DNA of 57,181 nucleotides from Candidatus Omnitrophota bacterium (GTDB taxonomy: Bacteria > Omnitrophota > Omnitrophia > Omnitrophales > Aquincolibacteriaceae), in NCBI GenBank assembly GCA_035368605.1, contig DAOSLF010000012.1, positions 1 to 57,181 on the forward strand, read 5' to 3'. Position numbers and translations under genes: made by a program. The notes below the pieces were generated by a model that was not told the origin of the DNA, did not search any database, and worked only from the letters and a program-made list of their open reading frames with translations. Below, piece after piece: positions 29,719 to 37,851 of this stretch. Position 1 is the stretch's first letter, and each line of letters starts with the position of its first letter.

Positions 29719-30237
29719 CCCTTCACAGCGCAATTTTAAATTTGCGATAGCCGCCCGTAGCGCCTCGCAATGCCTTTCAAGATGATCGAACGTTATTCCG
29801 TGTATCCGGGTGCAGAATATCGCTGATTTTCGGTTCTCTCGCGTATTAACGGCAGAAGCGGCGCAGCTTGTTTTCTGACGGAAGATTTGTAAACTCGAAA
29901 AGGGGCTGCCCCATTGAAGGGCCGGGACATTCAGCCAAAAAAAATGACTCACGCGCCTTCCTTGAAAAGTCCCGGCAGAGAACGTCTCTTCCCTTGATGC
30001 CCCCCGAGTCCTCCGAACCGCTTCCTGCCATGAACGTTCTTCCGGTAAACAGGCGCGAAGATGTTCCCAATCCATCGCTCGATTACCCGCACCGGCTCCA
30101 GAAGCTGGTCGAAGACGAGGAATCGAAGAAAAAAGACTGATCGCCGGTTCCCGCCTTGACCAACCCGACGGAAATCAATAAACTTTATCCCGCTTTCGCT
30201 GGCGGGGCCTGTGTCCCGTGACCGGAAATGGATCCAT

Positions 30238-30327
30238 GGAGAGGTGGCAGAGCGGTCGAATGCGGCAGTCTCGAAAACTGTTAACCGCGCAAGCGGTTCG
30301 GGAGTTCGAATCTCCCCCTCTCCGCCA
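30238..30327 (+). tRNA. tRNA-Ser (anticodon CGA), class II with long variable arm, CCA encoded
   Basis: Acceptor GGAGAGG/CCTCTCC, anticodon loop CT-CGA-AA, variable arm ACCGC-GCAA-GCGGT, T arm GGGAG-TTCGAAT-CTCCC. Confidence 0.92.
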
Positions 30328-30413
30328 TTTTTTGAAGTGAACCCTCCGACGAGGAGGGAAAACGCTCGCGCTAATTGTGGCCGCGAACCCCATGCTGTTT
30401 ATGGGTTAAATGA

Positions 30414-31559
30414 ATGATGGCCAGAAAATCTTCAATAAAAAATCTCAAGAACGCAAGACGAGCAAAAAACGATGAGTTTTATACTCAATACGGCGACATT
30501 CAAAAAGAGATTGAAAAATATCTGGAGTATAACCCTGATACTTTCCGCAACAAGGTAGTGTATTGTAATTGCGATGATCCATTTGAGAGTAATTTTTTTC
30601 GTTATTTCGTGCTTAACTTCAACAAGCTTGGATTAAAACAGCTTATCACCACAAGCTGCAAGCCCTCCCCCGTCGCCAACACACAGCTGGAATTGTTTGG
30701 CAATGGCAAGACTCTCTCAAAATCCAAAGGTCGCCCCAAGATAACCGCTAACAAATTTACTATCAACGAAGTGTTCGACATAGACGCTGATGGCGAGTTT
30801 AATTTAAAGGATGTTGCGAAGCAGTTAAAGGCAAACAAAAATAACGAATGGGTGCCACTGGAAGGTGACGGAGATTTTCGCAGTGATGAATGTATAAGTT
30901 TGCTTGAACAATCCGATATAGTCGTAACGAATCCGCCTTTTAGTCTGTTTCGTGAATACGTTAAACAACTTTTTGACCACAAAAAAAGGTTTTTAATCAT
31001 CGGCAATATTAATTGCATAACCTACAAAGAAGTATTTCAAAAAATCAAAAGCAATGAAATATGGCTCGGAAATGGTATGGGAAGATGGATTTCCGGGTTT
31101 ATTGTTCCGGAGTCCTACGACTTGTATGGGACAGAAGCTCGAATAGATGAAAATGGAAACAGAATTGTCGCCACCAATAATTGCTTGTGGCTTACCAATC
31201 TTGACCACGGACGCCGTCATCAACCCATGCCGCTGATGACAATGGCGGAGAATCTAAAATATAGCAAACACAAGGAAATCAAAGGTAAGAGGTCATACGA
31301 TAAATATGATAATTACGATGCAATAGAAGTGCCTTTTACCGATGCAATTCCAGGTGATTATAAAGGCGTAATGGGCGTGCCGGTTACGTTTCTTGATAAA
31401 TATAACCCGGAACAGTTTGAAATATTAGGGAATTCTAATGTCCGAGGGGAACGGGAGCATTTAATGAATAAAAAGAAAAGCGCAACGGATTGTACTTACA
31501 TAAATGGGATACCGCAATATGCCCGTATTTTAATTAAAAATAAAAAAGTCAAAAAATAA
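30414..31559 (+). CDS. N6-adenine DNA methyltransferase, EcoRI-methylase-like family
   Basis: Low-GC gene. N-terminal '[20 protein letters not shown]...[19 protein letters not shown]...LGLKQLI' and catalytic '[10 protein letters not shown]' (NPPF motif IV). Intact 381-aa ORF. Confidence 0.85.
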   Translation: MMARKSSIKNLKNARRAKNDEFYTQYGDIQKEIEKYLEYNPDTFRNKVVYCNCDDPFESNFFRYFVLNFNKLGLKQLITTSCKPSPVANTQLELFGNGKTLSKSKGRPKITANKFTINEVFDIDADGEFNLKDVAKQLKANKNNEWVPLEGDGDFRSDECISLLEQSDIVVTNPPFSLFREYVKQLFDHKKRFLIIGNINCITYKEVFQKIKSNEIWLGNGMGRWISGFIVPESYDLYGTEARIDENGNRIVATNNCLWLTNLDHGRRHQPMPLMTMAENLKYSKHKEIKGKRSYDKYDNYDAIEVPFTDAIPGDYKGVMGVPVTFLDKYNPEQFEILGNSNVRGEREHLMNKKKSATDCTYINGIPQYARILIKNKKVKK

Positions 31560-31560
31560 C

Positions 31561-32725
31561 ATGAAAACAAGTTCAAAAACCAACATAACCGTAAAAGAAA
31601 CCTGTGACGGTTTTGTTTATAACGAGCTTGAAGGCAAGGGTCTGTTCGGCTTGTCCGGCAAGTTGACCATCCAACCCGAGTATCAGCGTAACTATATCTA
31701 CGCCGAAGAAAACAGAGAGGCGGGGGTAATCGAGTCCGTTCTGAAAGAATATCCGATCGGCTTGATTTATTTCAACATAGTTGGCAAAGACAAATTCTAG
31801 GTTTTAGATGGCCAACAACGCATAACCAGTTTTGGCCGATTTATCACTGATAAGTTCGCTATCAAGGATGAAAACGGAATGCCGCAGATTTTTGGTAACA
31901 TGGCAAAGGACAAGCAAAAAAAGATTTTGGAAACAAAATTGCTGATTTACGAGTGCGAAGGTACGGAGAGTCAGATAAAAGAGTGGTTCAAGACCATCAA
32001 TATTGCGGGCGTACCGCTGAACAATCAGGAACTGCTCAACGCTGTATATTCCGGCCCATTCGTGACTAAAGCCAAAGAGGAATTCAGTAATAGCCAAAAC
32101 GCCAACATCCAGAAATGGAGCGCGTATGTATCAGGTGGTGCCAACAGGCAGGATTTTCTGGAATGCGCTCTGGGTTGGGTAAGTAAAGGCAATATTGGCG
32201 ATTACATGAGCAAGCACCGCCAAGACAAAAATACTAATGAGTTAAAAAAAACATTTCAACATAGTCGTTGATTGGGTGTCTCGTGTATTTATCGATGTGG
32301 AAAAAGAAATGCGCGGGCTTGAGTGGGGACGACTTTACGAGGAATATCACAAAAAATCATATAATCCGGCCAAAGTGTCGGCCGAGGCGCATAAGCTCTA
32401 TGGCGACTTTTTCGTAAAAGATAAAAAGGGAATTTTCGAGTATGTTTTGGGGGGTAATAACGATACAAAATTGCTTAATGTCCGCATTTTTGACGAATCC
32501 ACCAAAAGAGCTGTATGTGAAAAGCAGACTCGCGAAGCTAAAACCAAAAAGAAATCAAATTGTTCACTCTGCGCAGTCGGGCATGATGCTAACAAGGACA
32601 AGGTTTGGGGTTTTGCCGAAATGGAAGCTGATCGTGTTTCAGCATGGAGTAAAGGCGGCAAAACAATATCCCAAAACTGCGAAATGTTGTGTAAGACACA
32701 TAATCGGGCAAAAGGTAATCGATAA
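31561..32725 (+). pseudogene. DUF262 (ParB/Srx-like, GmrSD N-domain) - HNH nuclease gene, disrupted
   Basis: 'IQPEYQRNY...PIGLIYF...KF*VLDGQQRITS' has an in-frame TAG at 31798-31800. A +1 frameshift at the A8 run 32244-32251 would be restored by A7, giving 'ELKKHFNIVVDWVSRVF'. The C-terminal HNH 'CSLC...EADRVSAWSKGG...NCEMLCKTHNRAKG' has Arg (CGT 32633-32635) where the catalytic His is expected. Confidence 0.8.
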
Positions 32726-33022
32726 AGCATGTTTGGATAACCGGATAACGCAGCCGTAGCAAGGCTTTGGACTTGCTTGTTCTTTCCGTTTTGCCGGCTT
32801 TGTGAATATGGGTTCGTCCGGGGCGATGAGCCAGCGCATACCGCGCTTACGGTTGATTTTTATAAGCAACTGTATCTCAATGGGCGGCAGGGTTCGCCTG
32901 GCGTCCCGTTCTACCCGAGTTTTCTTCATCTCCTTTTGGGTTTTGCGCAAGTACTGCTTGAAATCGCCCCCTGTTTCCCGCATCATACAGGCCTCCCCAA
33001 ACTGTTTTTGACGAGGCATTTA

Positions 33023-34708
33023 ATGGACTACCTGATATACGCACGGAAATTCAGACCCCAGACCTTTGACGAGATCGTCGGCCAGGAAACGGTTACGGTC
33101 ACGCTCAGAAACGCCATCAAGCAGGAACGGATCCCGCAGAGTTTTCTTTTTTCCGGACCCCGCGGTGTCGGGAAAACCTCGACGGCCCGCATTCTCGCCA
33201 AGGCCCTGAACTGCAAGGAAGGACCCACGGAAACTCCGTGCGGGAAATGCGCCGCCTGCAGGGAGATCGAACAGGGGAACTCGATGGATGTGATCGAGAT
33301 CGATGGCGCCTCGAACCGCCGGATCGAAGAGGTGCGCGACATTCGCGAAAACGTGAAATTCAAGCCCTCCGCAGGCAATTTCAAGATTTATATTATCGAT
33401 GAAGTTCACATGCTCACGGCAGAAGCTTTCAACGCGCTCCTCAAGACGCTCGAGGAACCGCCGCCGCACGTGAAGTTTATCTTCGCGACGACCGAGTCGC
33501 ACAAGGTGCCGCTCACGATCCTTTCGCGCTGCCAGCGATTCCAGTTCAAGCGGATTCCCGTGCCCGAGATCGTGAAAAAGCTCGAAGGGATCGCGAAAAA
33601 GGAAAAGCTGAAATACGACGACAAGGCTCTTTTCCTGATCGCGAAAGCGAGCGAGGGAGGCCTCCGGGACGCGGAAAGCCTCCTCGATCAGCTTGCGAGT
33701 TTTTCGGAAGGGAAGATCAGGGAGGATGACGTGCTCACGCTCCTCGGCTCCGCTTCCGACGAAATGTACCTCGGAGTTCTCACCGCGATCCATGAAAAAC
33801 GGGGTGATGAGATCTTCGCGCTCGTCAAAAAGATCTATGAAGAAGGCGGCGAACTCGCCCGGTTTGCGTCCGGACTTTTCGAGGTCTTTCGCCACCTTCT
33901 TGTGCTCAAGGTGGTTCCTCATGGCGCCACCGGTTTTGTCGAAGCGGACGCGGACATGGTGAAGGCCCTGACGAAAAAGGCGGCGGATTTTTCTCAAGGG
34001 GAGCTCTTGCTCGCCCTCTCGATCCTTCAGAGCCTCCAGTCCCAGCTGCGGCGGCCGGTCGCGTCGCCCAAACTCCTGGTCGAAACGGCGCTTTTGAAGT
34101 TGCTGCACCTGGATCGTCTCGAATCCGTGGAAGGCTTGCTCCGGAAAAAAACCTCAGCCCCGGTCCCGGAGGTGCCGGCTTACCGAGGTGCCGCCGTGGC
34201 CCCTGCGGGTGAAAAAAAAACCGAAAAACAAACGGTCGCCCGGGTGAGTGAGCCGGAAGAAGACGCCGGGGCTGACGGGGAGCCTGAAGCGGCCGCCGCG
34301 CCCGGAGCGGTGAAAAAGGCTTCTTCGGGTGAAGTGGAACTGACCGCCGTCGAGGCGGTCTGGCCGCAGGTGATCGAATCCCTGAAGGCGACGCGCATGT
34401 CGCTCAGCCTCTACCTTGCCGCATCGGAACCCGTCGAAGTCGAGGACGGGACCATTGTCCTGGGTTTTCCGTCCGAATTCAAATTCCACAAAGAGACCAT
34501 CGACAAGGATAATAACAAAAAGATCATCGAGGAAGTTTTCCGGAAGGCGCTTGGCGCCAAAGTGCGCGTTCAGTGCGTCGTGACGGAAAAAGACGGCATG
34601 AACCAGACTTCTCCCGAAGGGAAACCCGCTGACGACGGGAACGCCCCGGATATCGTCGCGAAGGCCCTCGAGATTTTTGACGGGGCGCGGATCATCCGCA
34701 AGGACTGA
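33023..34708 (+). CDS. dnaX: DNA polymerase III subunits gamma/tau
   Basis: 'YARKFRPQTFDEIVGQE', 'GPRGVGKTS', a Zn module 'C..C..C' and 'IIDEVHMLT'. Start at MDYLIY (the track ORF extends spuriously upstream to 32777). Confidence 0.95.
   Translation: MDYLIYARKFRPQTFDEIVGQETVTVTLRNAIKQERIPQSFLFSGPRGVGKTSTARILAKALNCKEGPTETPCGKCAACREIEQGNSMDVIEIDGASNRRIEEVRDIRENVKFKPSAGNFKIYIIDEVHMLTAEAFNALLKTLEEPPPHVKFIFATTESHKVPLTILSRCQRFQFKRIPVPEIVKKLEGIAKKEKLKYDDKALFLIAKASEGGLRDAESLLDQLASFSEGKIREDDVLTLLGSASDEMYLGVLTAIHEKRGDEIFALVKKIYEEGGELARFASGLFEVFRHLLVLKVVPHGATGFVEADADMVKALTKKAADFSQGELLLALSILQSLQSQLRRPVASPKLLVETALLKLLHLDRLESVEGLLRKKTSAPVPEVPAYRGAAVAPAGEKKTEKQTVARVSEPEEDAGADGEPEAAAAPGAVKKASSGEVELTAVEAVWPQVIESLKATRMSLSLYLAASEPVEVEDGTIVLGFPSEFKFHKETIDKDNNKKIIEEVFRKALGAKVRVQCVVTEKDGMNQTSPEGKPADDGNAPDIVAKALEIFDGARIIRKD
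34212..34251 (+). other. A9 slippery run plus TGA stops in both alternative frames (candidate tau/gamma recoding site)
   Basis: A9 at 34212-34220, about codon 397 of 561 and just after domain III. TGA at 34245 is in the +1 frame and TGA at 34249 is in the -1 frame (tgagtga). Confidence 0.55.
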
Positions 34709-34714
34709 TCGCCG

Positions 34715-35314
34715 ATGCGAGCTTATTCCGATCTGATGACCCGGCTTGTCGAAGCCTTGTCCAAGCTTCCCGGCATCGGCAAACGTTCGGCGGAGCGGAT
34801 CGTTTTCCACCTTCTGAAGACGAGGAAAGAAGACGCGCTCGCGCTCGGAGGGCTCATCCATCAGCTTCGGGAGAATGTGACCTTCTGCTCCGTCTGCCAT
34901 AATTTCTCCGATCAGAAGATCTGCCACATCTGTTCCGATCCCGCGCGCGACCGGGGATTGATCTGCGTGGTCGAGGACCCGAAGGACGTCACCGCGATCG
35001 AAAAAACAGGCGAGTACAGCGGCGTCTATCACGTATTGCTCGGAGCCCTTTCGCCGCTCGACGGGATCGGACCGGAGCAGATCATGGTCCAGGACCTTCT
35101 GGAACGTCTCAAAAAGAAAAAGACGCGCGAGGTGATCCTCGCAACGAATCCGAACACCGAAGGCGATACCACCGCGCTTTACCTGGTTCGCGTCCTGGAA
35201 CCTCTTCGGGTGAAAGTCACGCGCATCGCGCGCGGTATCCCCGTCGGGAGTCACATCGAGTATACCGATCAGGCCACGCTTTCCCGCGCGCTTTCCGGAC
35301 GGCAGCCCGTATGA
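34715..35314 (+). CDS. recR: recombination protein RecR
   Basis: 'LPGIGKRSAERI', a C4 zinc finger 'C..C.......C..C' and a Toprim domain 'ICVVEDPKD'. Confidence 0.95.
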   Translation: MRAYSDLMTRLVEALSKLPGIGKRSAERIVFHLLKTRKEDALALGGLIHQLRENVTFCSVCHNFSDQKICHICSDPARDRGLICVVEDPKDVTAIEKTGEYSGVYHVLLGALSPLDGIGPEQIMVQDLLERLKKKKTREVILATNPNTEGDTTALYLVRVLEPLRVKVTRIARGIPVGSHIEYTDQATLSRALSGRQPV

Positions 35315-36117
35315 GCAAAAGATTGCGGGGACAGACAGCGCTTGTGACGGGGGCCTCCGCGGGGATCGGACTGGCGCTCGCGAGAGAGTTCGCGAGCGAA
35401 GGCGCCGGCCTCATCCTTGTTTCGAGGGATCTCGCGAAACTCAACCGCGAAGCGGAAAACCTTAAGACCCGCTACGGCGTCAGCGTCCGTGTGTTCGCGA
35501 CGGACCTGATTCTTCCGGGAGCCTGCGAAAAACTTTTCCGGGATGTCGAAGACGCGCGGCTGACGGTCGATATCCTCGTGAATAACGCCGGTTTTGGCCA
35601 TTATGGGGAGTTTACGGAACACCCCACCCGGACGATCACGGACATGCTTGCTCTCAATATCGGAGCGCTCGTGACCCTGACCCGGTTGTTTCTTCCCGGG
35701 ATGCGGGAACGGCGAAAAGGCGGAATCCTGAACGTGGCGTCCATCGCTGGATTCCAGGCCTTGCCCTATCTTTCACTGTATGCCGCGTCGAAGGCGTTCG
35801 TGATCGATTTTTCGGAGGCCCTTTGGGTGGAAAATCTGGAATACGGTCTTCGCGTCTTCTGCCTTTGCCCGGGGAATACCCGCACCGCTTTCCATCAGAT
35901 CGCGGGCATCGAGAAGAGGAAGGCCTTCTTCAACGCCGAGGCGTCCGATGTGGCGCGTTTCGCGGTCCGGAAGTTCCTGAGAGGCCGGAGGCCCGTGGGA
36001 ATCTTCGGATTCTGGAACAAGCTCATGATCCACGCCGAACGGCTGGCGCCGCGCGTGATCGTGCTTTTTTTCACGGACCTGCTCTACCGGCCTCGCGAAA
36101 CAAAGAAAGTTGCCTGA
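35311..36117 (+). CDS. SDR-family oxidoreductase
   Basis: 'TGASAGIGLA', 'NNAG' and 'YAASK'. ATGA overlap with the recR stop. Confidence 0.88.
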   Translation: MSKRLRGQTALVTGASAGIGLALAREFASEGAGLILVSRDLAKLNREAENLKTRYGVSVRVFATDLILPGACEKLFRDVEDARLTVDILVNNAGFGHYGEFTEHPTRTITDMLALNIGALVTLTRLFLPGMRERRKGGILNVASIAGFQALPYLSLYAASKAFVIDFSEALWVENLEYGLRVFCLCPGNTRTAFHQIAGIEKRKAFFNAEASDVARFAVRKFLRGRRPVGIFGFWNKLMIHAERLAPRVIVLFFTDLLYRPRETKKVA

Positions 36118-36156
36118 GCCGGATTTCTTGATTAAAATGACGCGCTCTCAAGTCGC

Positions 36157-36230
36157 GCGGGCATAGCTTAATGGTAAAGTCCCAGCCTTCCAAGCTGGTC
36201 ATGCGGGTTCGATTCCCGCTGCCCGCTCCA
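36157..36230 (+). tRNA. tRNA-Gly (anticodon TCC), CCA encoded
   Basis: Acceptor GCGGGCA/TGCCCGC, anticodon arm CCAGC-CTTCCAA-GCTGG, T arm GCGGG-TTCGATT-CCCGC. Confidence 0.92.
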
Positions 36231-36327
36231 TGAATTTTTAATTTGAACGGACTGCGGGAAGCGAAACGACCGCGGATCGAAACGACAGGTTTCGATCTGT
36301 TCGCGGTACCAAAGCAACGGCTTTGGT

Positions 36328-36345
36328 ATTCCCGCTGCCCGCTCC
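36328..36345 (+). repeat. 18-nt direct duplicate of the tRNA-Gly 3' end (attcccgctgcccgctcc)
   Basis: Identical to 36212-36229. It is preceded by two perfect hairpins (36269-36307 and 36308-36327) and by gcgggaa (36254-36260), which is complementary to ttcccgc (36329-36335). Confidence 0.85.
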
Positions 36346-36565
36346 GTTAGTGCAATGAGGATCGGGACCGATTTCTCCGTGGTTTTTAATGCGGCATCGT
36401 GTGCCGAGCCCTGACCTTTTAGCGGCCCCTTCCCGAAACAGCGACTTTCCTCATGGGTCGGGACTCTTGTTTTTAATCATCAACCACCCGTTTTTTGACC
36501 TCGATCGCATTTAACTCTATATGTTTAAAGAAGATATAGAATATCTGCCTTACGGGAAGCCTTCA

Positions 36566-36593
36566 TTGACTTCTGAGAAAATTCCGGTATAAT
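36566..36593 (+). promoter_or_regulatory. sigma70-type promoter of the nusA operon
   Basis: TTGACT (36566-36571), 16-nt spacer, TATAAT (36588-36593). Confidence 0.65.
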
Positions 36594-36618
36594 ATCGCTC
36601 GTTAATTCAGGGAGTGCC

Positions 36619-36651
36619 AAGAAGTGGGCAAAAACCCACTTCTTTTTTTTC
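36619..36651 (+). terminator. promoter-proximal intrinsic terminator / attenuator in the nusA leader
   Basis: Perfect 10-bp stem aagaagtggg / cccacttctt, loop caaaaa, then T8. It lies between the promoter and the nusA ATG at 36678. Confidence 0.7.
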
Positions 36652-36677
36652 TAACCCGCAAACACCGAAGCGACAAA

Positions 36678-37850
36678 ATGTCACAAGACCTTGCAGCATC
36701 CATAGAATATATCGAGAAGGAGAAGGGCGTTTCCCGCCAGGTGCTCGTTGAAGCCCTCCAGCACGCCCTCCTTTCAGCCTGCCGCAAGAGCTTTCCCGAA
36801 AAAGGGGACCTTTTCGAAATCCAGATCAATCCGAACACGTTGCAGATCAAGGTGTTAAGCGAAGGCAAAGAGATCGATGACCCCCGGTTCGGACGCATCG
36901 CGGCCCAGACGGCCAAACAAGTCATCATCCAGAAGCTCCGGGAAGCCGAGAGGGATTCCATTTTTTCGGAATACAGCCATAAGCAGGGGGACATTGTTTC
37001 GGGAAGCGTCCACAGGATCGAGAAAAAAGCGATCATCGTGGATTTCGGCAAGACGGAGGGGATTCTTCCGGCGCGCGAACAATCGCCGGTCGACAGCTTC
37101 CGTCAGGGGCATGTGATTCGGGCGTATGTGATGGAGGTCAAGAAGACATCCAAGGGGCCCGAGGTCATATTGTCCCGCACGCATCCCGAGCTTGTGAGCA
37201 GGTTTTTTGAAATGGAAGTCCCCGAAATCCACGACAAGGTCGTCGAGATCAAAGGAATTGCGCGTGAGGCGGGGTCCCGAGCGAAGATCGCCGTAACCTC
37301 CAGGGATGAAAAGATCGACTGCGTGGGCTCCTGTGTCGGTGTGCGCGGCCAGCGGGTGAAGAACATCGTACGTGAACTGAACGGGGAGAAGATTGATATC
37401 ATCCGCTATAGCGAGGATATCGAGACCTACATCAGGAATGCCATGGCCCCCGCGGAGCTCCTTGAGATCAAGCTGAACCGCGATAAAAAAAGGGCGGAAA
37501 TCCTTGTGGCGGACGATCAGTTGTCGCTTGCGATCGGCAAACGCGGGCAGAACGTGCGCCTGGCTTCCAAGCTCATCGGTTGGGATCTCGATGTCCGCAG
37601 CAAGTCGCAGATGATCCCGTTGACGGAGCTCGAGGGTGTGGATGAAAAGATCGAAGAAGCGCTCAAAAAAGCGGGCATGAACACCGTGAAGGATGTTACC
37701 AGGGTGAAGCCCGAAGACCTCGCGAAGATCGAAGGATTGAACGAAGAGACGGCGGGAAAGCTCCTCGCGTCGGCGAAACAGATGCTTGCTCCCAGGGGCG
37801 CTCAGGCGTCCGCCGCAAATGAATCGGGCGCGGAAGAAGCGGAGTCCTGA
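36678..37850 (+). CDS. nusA: transcription termination/antitermination factor NusA
   Basis: 'IEYIEKEKGVSRQVLVEAL', followed by S1 and two KH domains ('AIGKRGQNVRLASKL'). Start at MSQDL (the track GTG at 36624 would place the terminator hairpin inside the CDS). Confidence 0.93.
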   Translation: MSQDLAASIEYIEKEKGVSRQVLVEALQHALLSACRKSFPEKGDLFEIQINPNTLQIKVLSEGKEIDDPRFGRIAAQTAKQVIIQKLREAERDSIFSEYSHKQGDIVSGSVHRIEKKAIIVDFGKTEGILPAREQSPVDSFRQGHVIRAYVMEVKKTSKGPEVILSRTHPELVSRFFEMEVPEIHDKVVEIKGIAREAGSRAKIAVTSRDEKIDCVGSCVGVRGQRVKNIVRELNGEKIDIIRYSEDIETYIRNAMAPAELLEIKLNRDKKRAEILVADDQLSLAIGKRGQNVRLASKLIGWDLDVRSKSQMIPLTELEGVDEKIEEALKKAGMNTVKDVTRVKPEDLAKIEGLNEETAGKLLASAKQMLAPRGAQASAANESGAEEAES

Positions 37851-37851
37851 A

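Noticed and set aside
29964-29976. 'gaaaagtcccggc' resembling the RNase P RNA P4 'GGAAAGUCCGGGC' in the ORF-poor spacer before tRNA-Ser.
   Set aside because: It is an isolated, imperfect match. None of the other universally conserved RNase P segments are present in 29719-30237.
28633-30075. 480-aa minus-strand ORF spanning the GGDEF gene and the following spacer.
   Set aside because: It is antisense to the CHASE2-GGDEF gene and has no motifs.
29868-30140. 90-aa plus-strand ORF and 74-aa minus-strand ORF in the 520-nt spacer upstream of tRNA-Ser.
   Set aside because: There is no RBS, no recognisable motif, and the composition is atypical. I left the spacer unannotated, although a small protein or sRNA cannot be excluded.
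32639-33019. 126-aa minus-strand ORF at the distal edge of the islet ('MPRQKQFGEACMMRETGGDFKQYLRKTQKEMKKTRVERDARR...GMRWLIAPDE').
   Set aside because: It overlaps the 3' end of the HNH gene. It is only vaguely reminiscent of Vsr/DUF559-type endonuclease C-termini (ERD...G.R.L), with the wrong spacing. It may be a gene remnant, but I cannot support a call.
32726-33022. Direct repeat of the tRNA-Ser 3' end (attR) at the far side of the islet.
   Set aside because: The best candidate (atcgccccctgtttcc against atctccccctctccgc) matches only about 10 of 16 positions, which is not convincing.
36624-36677. GTG 36624 as the nusA start (18-aa N-terminal extension, as in the ORF track).
   Set aside because: The extension would encode the terminator hairpin and T-tract ('KNPLLFFL'). 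It precedes the canonical NusA N-terminus 'MSQDLAASIEYIEKEKG', so ATG 36678 is preferred.
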